Assembly: GCA_907165135.1 (NCBI GenBank) | Contig: OU015567.1 | Coordinates: forward strand, 10,974,001 to 11,038,000 | Source of the DNA: Oikopleura dioica | Lineage: Eukaryota > Animalia > Chordata | Reading direction: 5' to 3' | DNA length: 64,000 nt | Shown: positions 49,171-60,179 of the stretch, piece by piece | Layout of the letters: every line of letters begins with the position of its first letter | Position numbering within the stretch: position 1 is the first letter of the stretch | The notes under the pieces: model-generated | What the model saw: the letters and a program-made list of their open reading frames with translations, nothing else | Told to the model about the DNA's origin: nothing | Database searches by the model: none | Position numbers and translations under genes: made by a program

Positions 49171-52100
49171 CCCAGCGAAACATTTCTGTTGATGGTTTTA
49201 TCTTGACAGGTTAAATTCATCCCGCGCCGATTTGAAATTAATATTTTGGCGCTCTAAAGTTCCTGTTGGCTGAAATCCGGAAGGCACGGAATTAGAAATT
49301 ACTATCGCCTTGACCTGGTGTCACTCAAAGTCCCCGCAAATTTCATGATTCTCAGCTATCAAACTAAGCCGAAATCGTCAGACAACTCCGACGGTGAAAA
49401 TTAGCCCACCGCGACATCTGTCATTTCTTGTTGTGGGAAAACCAAAGCCTAAACAACGATTTTAGTAAATTGTGCTCAATTCGCGGCCGCTTCTCATTTC
49501 AATTCATCTTTTTTTCGAGGAGGATGACGAAATTAAACTGCGTAATTATGGGCTTCGCTTTCAGCTATATTGGTCAGGTGGGCATCCTTCACAGAAAAAA
49601 GATGTATTACTGATACAGTATCAGTCGCGAAATTTTGCATTATACTTTGAAGTTATTTGGCCAACTCGATTTGCTACCTTAGACTCTTTTTCCAAAGAAT
49701 CAATTAATTGAATCTTTTTTAGTGAGAAAGAAGAGTGCTTTCTGTTTATTGTAGATTGGAGTCTATTTTTAGAATAATGATGAACGTTATGAATGGCGCC
49801 CATGATACAATTAATTAGAGGCTATTTTTTATCAAGAATAAATGGAAAAAAATGATAAGCGGAAATGAGCTGTGAGGTTAATTTCAAAATTACGAACCTG
49901 GACGGCATCGAAGGTCTTATGCGGGTTTGCGGAAGGTGACTCGTTGTAGTAGTAAATCGTGTAGTCAGTGTGGTGGTGATGACCCGCTGAAAACGGCACG
50001 GCTCAGACTGCGCTCGAGAAAGATTACTACTCGATTCTGACACCGACCGTGGTCGATGCTGAGCTGCTTGATTACCACAAATCCAAAATATGCCACCGTC
50101 GTTTTTCGCGAGTTTTTTCGTTATTTTGTTTTGAATAAATTTATGTTCGATTCGCACTTTATAGAATCTGCTTCTATTTGACGTTCTTATTACAAAAATT
50201 TTGTAAAAAAGAAGCTCTTGGAAATTTCAAGCAGTGAGCTGTACTCGTTGGCTTATCTGGCGTCGAGGAAGTGGCCGATGCGATGGAATTTGTAAATTGT
50301 GCCAAAATGGAAAGCGATAACAATGTCCGCTCGCTCAGTTCTAAGCACCACAAAACTCTTGTAAGACGTTTTATTCAAGAATTCTTATGCAAGGTCTATC
50401 TTTCTATTTCTTTTAAGTTCATTTCAAAGGATAATTGTCTGTTCATTTCCTCGAGTGGCCACAAAAGGAGCCTATGAAGGTTGACCCAGTTAAAGTGAAA
50501 ATAACTTCCTGTCTTTTGATCTGTTTGGAATGTTTAATTGGTTTCCAAATGGTTCATTTTTAGAGAAGCTTAGTATCAAGTCTGAGCCGATTCCTGCGGT
50601 TACGGGCTGAACAGAGCGCGTCCTGAGCTGGAGAGGCTGCATGCTTCGTGTTCTGAAAGAGAAAGAGAAAGTTAGTTGTGTTCCCATTCTAAAGGGATTT
50701 GTGAAGTAATGAGCTCATTTACGCAAGCAAACTGACTGGCAAGAGTGTAGCCACGGAAGAGCTATTTGACCAAAACTAATTAAAATGCTAAAGCGTGGAG
50801 GCCATTTCGGACAAGAGGCTTATGGTAAGGACTCCCAGAGTCAGGAGCCTTACGGGCTCCTCCCTTTTCGAAAAGAAAAACAAACACCGTCTGCCATCTT
50901 CTCCAAAGATTGCATAAGGTGCTTAACACGTTTTTGCTTTTTGGGCTGAAAATTTTACGAAATAATTTGATAAAATAAAAAAAACAAGAATATAGTCTCC
51001 AATTCATTTTGTTTGGGGCAAAAACTTTTGGGTAAAAAGTTTCGAACTATTCCTTTGTATGTAAAGATGTTCAATTCTAGCTACTTTCAGCAAGCATCTT
51101 TATTGTTGGTTAATATTGGAGACTCTTAGCTGCCAACGAACTCATTCTTTTGGCCAAAAACAAAACGGGAGCTTAATGAGAAACCATCGTTATCAAATTA
51201 TCAAAAACGTTTTGGGGGTTGATCTTTCGGTAGAATCAAGATAGTCTACCGGTAAACAATCGAGATCTTTGTGGAGAGATAATCAAATTAGTTTCTTTCT
51301 GGAACCTGAGTTGTCTATGAAAGAAACCTTGCTGCTTAGCACTTACTTATTTACTTACTTGTCAGTTAAAGAATTTGAATTAAGTTATTGATTGATTATT
51401 GCGCGGTTATTATTTATGATCGGTAGACTTACGAGTCTTCAGGACTAGCTCCTTCCCAAAAAATCCAATCTTCTGTGGAAAATGCCCATTCAAAGGTGTA
51501 CGCCTGTCCTTTTTTCGGAGTTCTTTTCGAAGACCAAAAGTTCGCATCGATGTATCGCACTTCTTGAGATCCCATTTTGTAACGTTCCAAAAATCTGACT
51601 CTAAGCCGTATCTTTAAAGTTGATCTGCGGGGCTATTTTCACGTAAAAGCATTTCGTGGATAAAGATCGTGGGTTATTGAATTGGGTGAATTTTGATTAC
51701 TGACGTTTTTCAAAAAGCAAAGTCAAAAATGTGGTTAACGTGATTTGAATTTGTGAGTGACATTAACCCCGACAAGGTAACAGACTTTAGAAAAGCGCCT
51801 GAGCGATTGCCGATTTCGCGCATTTCAAAAAGAAAGGAGGCGAAATCTGATTACGCTTTGGGAAAAAAGTGATTGTGGCAAATTTGGCTTGTGGCAGATT
51901 TTAAGTCAGACTTTTTGAAACTCTTTTAGGAAGTTGCAGAAAAATTGCTAAAGCATTGAGTGGTTACTGGGGAAGTTGAAGTGGTGCTGGACCGGTTGGT
52001 AAATTACAGGTTCTGCCTGGCGCGTCTGGTTACATAGATTGTTTTTGGAACGTTGCCTTGTACCAATACTCGTTTGGATCTGGAATCTGCCAAAACCACT

Positions 52101-55100
52101 CAGGCGAGTGCATTGATATCTGAAAGCAAGGTGTGAAATTGGCGCTCTTGAAAATATACTAGTATCTTGCGAGAAAAATTAAAGAAAACCTGAGTTCCCA
52201 AAAACTGCAGAACTAAAAAGCTGAGTCAAGTCAAGGCCTTCTCCTGCATCTGGGGCAATTATACAGAAAGTACGTTTAGAGATGCATTAGACAGGAGGAA
52301 CAAGGGAAACGATTCGCGAGAATGTCGAATAAAAATTCAATTGATACTAATTGAAGCAAAGCCCTCATCCTCTAAATGCAAGGCTTGCTTTTTTTTGGCC
52401 TGTTCTTCGTTTTATTTTTTGCTTTGGTTGCTTTTATCTATCTGGCACTCCTCAAAACAAACTAAGTACAATTCAGAGCAAATTCTGTTTAATTTCACTT
52501 TCAAGCAATCTTACTACCGACGAAAAAAGGTTGGGCGATTGTATTCACAATAACTAGGGCGTCTCGACGAAAAATATTTATTTTCAAAAAAATGCCCAAT
52601 CTTTGAAATATCAATTTATCGGGGCGGCGCGAGGAAATGGTCGATAGTTCGTAAATACGAAAACTGAATCTAATAGAGCTTACGAGAAATTGAATCAAAA
52701 TAATTAATCAGAAAAAGACCGTCTTTTCAAACCGTTGGGAGTTCTGAGGTCAATGAAATCTCTTATGAAATATATAAAAATTCTGCAAGAGGTACTCTTG
52801 ATGAAATAATTTTTCGCGAAAGCGGCGAATTATTTCAGTTCTGGAGGCATCTAAAAGCTGCTATAATCTGTTACCTTTCCGCCATGATACCACAAATCGG
52901 ATGCCGGGTCGTCGCCGAAACTAGGGTCCAACGAGTAGATTGAGCAATTTCCCGTAACCCGATCAACGGCGTAACTAAAAATGCGATGAGCCACGGCTTT
53001 ATAACCGGTTTCGACTTTCAGCGCCAAAAATTCTAGCTTTCGTTTCTTTGAACAACTGCGAAAAAAATGCAATTTAGCGAACGTGTAAAATGAACAGTCA
53101 CTTCATCAAAAGGAAGTCAACTGTTTTGGCTACTTAGCAAACTAGCAAGTACTTGATCCTTTCTCGGTAGACGTGTTTAGGGGCTTTTCTTAAGCATAGG
53201 TTTTTTATTGAAACAGCTTTTAGGGCTCAGATGCTTGCTATCCTAGCAAATCTGTTTTTCATAACTCAGGTTAAACTTTAGTTTCTAATTGCATCTAAAT
53301 AAAGAGGTATTTTGCTTATTGGATCAGCTGTATTTAAATGCAAGAGGTCATTAATAATTCATTGTCCAGGAACTTATTCGAAGAGAAAAGTCTTAACAAA
53401 AAATCTCGTGCTTTCAACAAACACGAGTCAATTTGTTATTCAGGACAGCTTGAAACTTGTTGAAAAATATCTAAGTTCACGTAGCCGCTATGTTCCGCCC
53501 CGTTTCTCGTGCATTTTTCGCTATTTTGTTGAATCGCGTTTTCAGCAATTAGAGCAAAGTATAGATACCAAGAATTCGGCGCTTTCATTGTTAGAGTGCC
53601 AGCGACACCGCTAATTGCAGTCAACTGTAGAAGTAGTCTTACTAGTTTTGTAAAGAAAATTAAGTCTTCAAATATTTTACTGTAGCCCAACAGAAGTACA
53701 AGATAAATGAGAAACGCTGCTTACCCTAAATCCGAGCTAAAATCGTGGATAAACTCCATTTCTGTGAGTCCATAGGCATTGATAAGATCCGCAAATCCAG
53801 CCGTATCGAGTGTGTACCTCGCCAATTTCTTATCGTAGTCGTAGTGAATGCTTAATTTGTGAAAATCAGTCTTTATCTTCGTGTCCTTTTTCGTCGTATT
53901 CAGATAGGGTTGAAAGCGTACCTCATATCGTAAACTGGCGATTCGAAACCTCTTTGTTGCAGGGTTCAGATAATAAATTTAAGGTCAGAGGAAAAATGAG
54001 GACTCAAGGTGAAAAATTGGATTGGTATCGAGCTTGCGGTTAGGAAATCCTGAGCCGGACGTGACCATGATCCACGAAAGGGGAAGCGACCACGTCCTTC
54101 TTGTGGCTTTAAAGTGAAAATAAGATAGTCCCGCTGCCAATTTAATTGTACTAGGAGTATGCCACGGGGAACTAAGAACTTCCGATCAAGGAAGTTCAGC
54201 CAAGACCAACTTGAGTGCACGGCAAAAATCGCGCCACCTCGCAAGTCCTGCAAAAATAGCTTTAGTTGTTAAAAAATTGAAAAATTTAAATATCTCCTCT
54301 TTAAAAACTTTTCTAACGTGTGTCCGTACACCGTGAGAAAGATAAAACGAATATCTGTGTTCATTGAAAAATTGTTAATTTTTGCACACGTGTTCTCGCG
54401 TAACGGACACTTGGGGTAAATATTTTCCTCTTCGAATGCCTGGAGAATTACTTCAAGATTGTAATTAGCCGTGCTTGCCATCACGTGGCTTTTGACCGAC
54501 CGGTGAAACTTTTCCGATAATTTAACAGTATAAAATGGTCATTTATGAGCGAATCAAAATGCCTACCCTTTTGATAATTCCTCAAGTTTTTAAGAGAATA
54601 AAAACTGCTCAGTTGTTTAATAGACTTTGAAGCCACAAGCGTTCACAATCTGTCTACGTGTATTTAATCCATAAGGTGCTGATATGAGAAGCTGTAGATC
54701 GGTAGCTATGTTTGGGGCGCATAAACCGGAATCAACCGGTGTTTTGATAGATCCCCCTAAGAGTAGATATAGTTCCATATTTTTTGGATAACTTGAAGCT
54801 GAACCCAGAACCCAGCGCCTTATCAGGGATCATTATTATTTTAGATTACAAAGGCAACTTTTGAGCAAATTGTTTTTTGGAGAGTCGTCATAGTTATTTG
54901 ACAAAGTTTAAATTCTATCCGCATTCTTAAATTATTTAGAAAAGTCGAAGTGGCTAAAGCGGTAAATATTTAAGATCCCATTCCGTAAATGTAATCCTTG
55001 ACTTCAAGTTTGCTATGCCAGGCTTTGGCGGACATTTGTGGAATTTCCGGTGTGTGCGAGGTCTGGCAAACCGTCAGATCCGGCAACAGAAATACTTCCG

Positions 55101-55598
55101 CGGGGGGCGTTTCTAATCTTACTCTGAAGATTTCGTACACTTTCAGGAGGCTCACGTTTTTATGTTTTAGCTTAAATTTCGGGGTCACTTCGGTAAGTCC
55201 TTCCTTGCAACACAGCAGTGGCTTCTTCGTCGATGTACTTTGTAAGGTCAAAATTCAATCTGCTTTTTCGTAACCTCTAATTTTCTGGTCAATTTTGACG
55301 CTGGAGGGGGGCTACAAAGGTGGCACTTTGCTCGAATTAAAAGAAAATGTCTCGTGATCGGGTTTAATCTCACTTCGAATTTTGCATTTAGAAGGTAAGA
55401 ATGAGCCACTTAAGGGTACCCAAAATATATTAAATAGAGTTAATGACGATAGATCTCAGATTTAAGAGGAAATATAGGCATATAAAAAGCCCTAGGCATT
55501 AAAAGAACGATTTTTTAAGGAGCATCGTCTTTTGAAAGAAATTTAAGAAATCAGTAGTCTTCTAAAATGGTCCAAAAAGAGACAGGCTGAAATTTCAA

Positions 55599-55964
55599 TT
55601 ATCCCATTTCCGGCCGAATCGCTAGAAAGATGACATTGCAAATCTTGACACGTCTAAAAACGCAAACAGCGCTTTCGGTTAAATCAGATTGACCCGGGCG
55701 AGCCTGGACGACGCGCAGCGGGATGGAAACGGAAGTTTCTGAAAAGTCGAATGTCAAAAACATGTCAATGCTCGTTTCTAAGCGCAAACCTGTTGGTATT
55801 GAATAAAAGACATCAAGTGCATACGACGCGGCCTTGTCCGGATATTTGAGTCTTTTTTGGCAGCTCAAACATGTGTTTCGCAATTTCAACAAATCAAAAT
55901 AACGAACAGAATCAAATCCGCGTAAAACATAAATTGAGACATTTGTCAGCCGCTTTCCTTGCAC
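55599..55964 (-). CDS. Putative exon with an F-box-like N-terminal motif
   Basis: 121-codon open frame; LTNVSIYVLRGFDSVRYFDLLKLRNTCLS resembles the F-box pattern. Resemblance only. Confidence 0.3.
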   Translation of the reverse strand: MQGKRLTNVSIYVLRGFDSVRYFDLLKLRNTCLSCQKRLKYPDKAASYALDVFYSIPTGLRLETSIDMFLTFDFSETSVSIPLRVVQARPGQSDLTESAVCVFRRVKICNVIFLAIRPEMG

Positions 55965-56256
55965 TCCACTGCCACGCTACTTTCCCACGAACACTTTTTA
56001 TCAGATTTCATGAAAAAAATATTTAGATGATGGTTCAGTTTTGATGTTCTTTCGAAATTGCAATGTGAGAAATGCCGCTCAGGTGAGGAGTCGAATTCAG
56101 GTTCGCATTCCACAGCGAGGAAAAGATGGAGATTCTAGTCAGGTTGAAGATCACCCAAACAGAGCACCTCTAAAGTCGAATTCCCAGCTCAATTTACCAG
56201 TAAAGACATTTCAGAGACAACAGAAAAGGATGATTTTTTCCGTCGCTGGGCTCGAA

Positions 56257-56903
56257 AAAACCTGAGTCAGGGTCTAAAAAGCTTTCCGACTTCGCTTGAA
56301 TTTGAGAATAAAATAAAAAATTCTTCTTGCGAGGCCGCTCTGGACGTTCGTTTTTTGAAAGCCGCTTCGCGGCTTTTCTTTAAAGATCTTTCAGACCCTA
56401 ATTGAGGTTGGGCTAAGAAAATCTTTTTACGCATTCAGTGCTTGTTATTTTAATGCGTTTATTTTTTCCGTTTTTCAAAAACAAAGAAACTCACGTTTCG
56501 TTTCGCCTATTCGTTGTGTAACTGCACGTGAGTGTCGTTAAGAGAATTAGAACCCACCCGATTGAAAATAATTGCTTCGATTTTGTTTCTAATAAATATG
56601 GCTGGCCGCGCGTGTGTTTTAATTGCAAGCAACTGCGGGTTTGAAAAGGCGTCGTTTCAATAGTTTTCGCGTTATTTGCCGAAAATATGAAAATGACGGG
56701 GATCCACGTTCTCCTGGAATAAGCCGAAGAATGTGCTTTTTATTTATTGAAAATAAGAGAAACATTCCTCACCTGGCAGGTTACTCTAATTCAATTGTAA
56801 ACTCTTTCATTATCTGATCAAAAACGACATGTAAAAGGTTGATAAAAGGGCAATTTCGGCCTATTAGACGGATAAACAGTTTGAGGACCCTGACTCAGGT
56901 TTT
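56257..56903. mobile_element. Probable MITE defined by an 18-bp inverted repeat
   Basis: AAAACCTGAGTCAGGGTC (56257-56274) and GACCCTGACTCAGGTTTT (56886-56903); no TSD identified. Confidence 0.45.
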
Positions 56904-57024
56904 CAACACAGGTTACTGAGTCGAGCATGAAGGCTTTTCTGACGCTGACGAAGACTATTTATATTTCGCGCCACCAAAAGTGCAAACTTTCGCCAAGAGA
57001 ATGTCATGTTCATCCCGCATTCAC

Positions 57025-57945
57025 TCAAAACGGGGCGTTATGTTTGGCGCAGTCTCCACCGAAAACGCTTGTCTCTGTTAGAAATCTGTTCCTAGTGGGC
57101 TCGAGATCCGGCTCAGGCTCAACCTTTTTGACGTCCGTGACGAAATCCGGACTCATCAGCACTTCCAACAGTGGCACGAACTCGTAGTCGACACTCGTCT
57201 CGGGATTTTGAAACTCCGGGATGAAAATTGGACTGCCTAAATCAATTTTTACACGAGTCAGGAAGTAAGCTTTTTTGGAATTTCGTAATTTTTTAAAAGG
57301 CTGGTCGAAAATCTGACTTTTTCAACCCTTTCTCGGGTCTCAAAAAACGAAGCTTCTCGAGAAATGAATGAAAGAGGGATACCTCGCTTTCTGAATTTTG
57401 AAAAATTTGGACCGGCTTGGAATTTGGAATTTTTGAAAGGCAGGAATTTTCAATTAGGTCTAATTCCGGAATCCGGCGTGATTAGATTTTTTGATGAAAA
57501 CCTTTGAAAGACTCAAGTTGCTTCGTGTCGCACTCGAAACCATCGTAGAGGAAGTGAACTTTGTTGCCGGCGAAATCCCACTTGGCAGTCGTGTAGATTC
57601 CGTTTTTTCGCACCGACATGATCTTTCGAAAAGGCCATAATTTATAGAATAGAAAGTTTGCTCGCCTTTACTGCTAGTTTTCTACAGTAAAAAAACAGAA
57701 AATCAAGAATGGTCATTTGCGAGGTCTTTGGAAAATGCGTCTATAATTATTTGCAGAGCTTGTTTTTAAAATTACGGAGGGTTTTGACCACGAGGGTGTC
57801 GTTTTAAGGGACTCTTTCCTGATCTGGGTCGGCCCCGGGTCTTTGGTCATTGAGTCTGCGGTAGAATTTGAGAAATTCAGTTCCGGTGTTGCGCTCCAGG
57901 TTGACGACGCTCTTCGTGGCGTAGAACTCATAATCACTGAAGCGT
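57025..57945 (-). CDS. 3' exons of an unidentified gene
   Basis: Open, protein-like exons: DYEFYATKSVVNLERNTGTEFLKFYRRL; IMSVRKNGIYTTAKWDFAGNKVHFLYDGFECDTKQLESFK with a GT donor; and, after an AG acceptor, SPIFIPEFQNPETSVDYEFVPLLEVLMSP...F* (stop 57025). Confidence 0.5.
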
Positions 57946-59602
57946 CATTTTAAATACAGGACAAATTCATCATTGTGACTTAAATAAGAACAGACAGTTG
58001 TAAAGCCCCTTAGCAGGCGCAAAAATCCTTTCAGATTTATTTTGAGACGCTGGTCTCGACACCTTCTGAGGCCCTACACGGGTTAATATTTAGAGACTCC
58101 TAAAATAAAGAGTTCATCGAATTTACTTTCTTAATCCTCATTTGTTTGTTTCGCGTTTTCGCGCGATCAGAAACACTAAACCGCACGATTTAACATTCTA
58201 ACACATTCTTCTGTAAACATGACACTAGTAGAAGAATAGTAGTAAAAGAACAAACCTTGATACGATTTGAGAAGATACGAAAAAGAAGCTTACATATGCT
58301 GCATGTTGCTGTACGCACGAGTTACTCAAGTTATCTTATTTTGAAAATTAACTTCTCTTCATTATCATTTGAAATTTTCTTCTAAGAAGTCATGATGTCA
58401 GAAAGTCACCTTGTGAAGTTTGCCCATCTATCCGGCTGTCCCCCAACCGGATCGTCCGAAAAAACACACTGAAATAACAGCAAAGGGCCAAAGAATCTCA
58501 TTCTCTGCAATTTCAAATGGATCTAATAATGGCCTGGTCTACTCTCTATTAGAATCGTTTCTTTGTTTTTCGCGCATAAATACAAACTTCGGAGGAGCGT
58601 TTTCCATGCTCAGATGCCTTCGTTTCCAACAACTACAAACAGAACGACTTATCAGATCATCCCGAGAAAGGTCTTGTTCATGCTCGCTAGCGGTAAACAT
58701 TGCCAGTCAGAAGTGCTGTCAGTCAGCCCGTTAGAGATGTGATGATCTTTTGAATTTCAATGGAATTCATTCGGTGTAATCTCAGCGTTTTGACACGCCG
58801 CAGTCGGATGATGCCGCGGCCTCAATCTGCACCCTCTTCGGACGAAGGATAATTGTAAAACCCATGCTCCCCAGGCTTGGAATTTCATTCTTACATCAAC
58901 TGGTGCTCCAGATACGGAATTTGCTTCGTCTAAATTTTGTTGACTCTCAGACTCTATCTCAAATTCAAGGTTCTCTCGGCATCAATAATAGACGATCAAG
59001 TATAATCTGCGTAATCACATTCAACAATAATTATGTTTTTCATCAAAGTTAACAGTAGAAACCAATCGAACTTCACGAATAGACATCAAGATCGTGCTCT
59101 TGATACTTTCAAGTGCGGACTGTTTATTCTCACTGTAAAATATCTCAACGGAAATGAACAACATAAGCAATTCTCTTTGTATTTCTTCTGTTTAGTATTA
59201 TTACTTTTTTTAATCAATCGATTAGAGTTTGGGTACGCTTGATGCCGATCTTGGTAGCGTATAAACACATAAACGCACGCTTGGATTTTTTTATCGAGCA
59301 AGATTAAATTTTGATGGACGCAATTTATTTTGAGAAAACAAAATCAGGAGAGATTATTTTTGGTGTCCGCGAGATGGTATGCAAATATGCCGCGCTCGGG
59401 GATCGTGGAAAGTTTCAAATTGTTTTTCCAAAAGCATGAAAAGTCAGTAGGACACGTTCTGCGCCTTGCGCTGGAATGGAAGCTCCCCATAATAACTAAA
59501 TATAGAAAAGATAAAGCGAAAAGATGGAGCTCAACCAAAGCAGTAACTTCTCACTTTGGACTGGTTTGCTAAAAACAAGGGATGATATAATTAGTAGTTT
59601 AA

Positions 59603-59996
59603 GGGGGTAGAACTAGATTTTTGGAAAAAAACGTGATTTTCGGAAGGCACTTTAAATAAGAAAAAACTGTTTTTACTTATGATTACGCAATTTCCTCAAA
59701 AATGTTGCTAGATAAATGGTTAAACTATCTTAAAATGAGATTTAAAAAACTTGGCTAGTCACGTGACTCGAGAAATTTGAGGACGCGAATACGCTAAAAT
59801 TGCGATTTTCAAAGAGGTGGGTTGACGTTTCGCTCTCTAGCGCCAAAATGTGTTGACGAAAAAATTTTAAGAAAAATGTTGTTAGATCTAGGTTTGTTCT
59901 ATCTTCAGCCGAAGAGAGAATTTGAAAATCTAAGCTCTCCTGGCTTTGAGCGCCGGTCTAGAATTGCCTATTTTCAAAAAACCTAGTTCTACCCCC
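59603..59996. mobile_element. TTAA-flanked MITE (394 bp), Kolobok-like
   Basis: 14-bp TIR GGGGGTAGAACTAG / CTAGTTCTACCCCC with TTAA on both sides. Confidence 0.88.
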
Positions 59997-60179
59997 TTAA
60001 CGAGAAATTTGTAGTAAAAACTCATCAAAATTTTTGGTAGACAAAATCGCATCGGTTTTTAGCAAAATTTAGCCAGTAAAAAGTGTCAATGAAACTTTCT
60101 GAGAGAAATATGCGTTGTGTTTCTCCTAGAAGAAGATAATTTCCGCGTAAAATATCCGTCCAAGATCCGATACATTCGA

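Noticed and set aside
56358-56376. AAAGCCGC-TTC-GCGGCTTT hairpin followed by a T-rich run, terminator-like
   Set aside because: Eukaryotic sequence inside a probable MITE; no basis for a bacterial terminator, and no downstream CTAG for a Helitron end.
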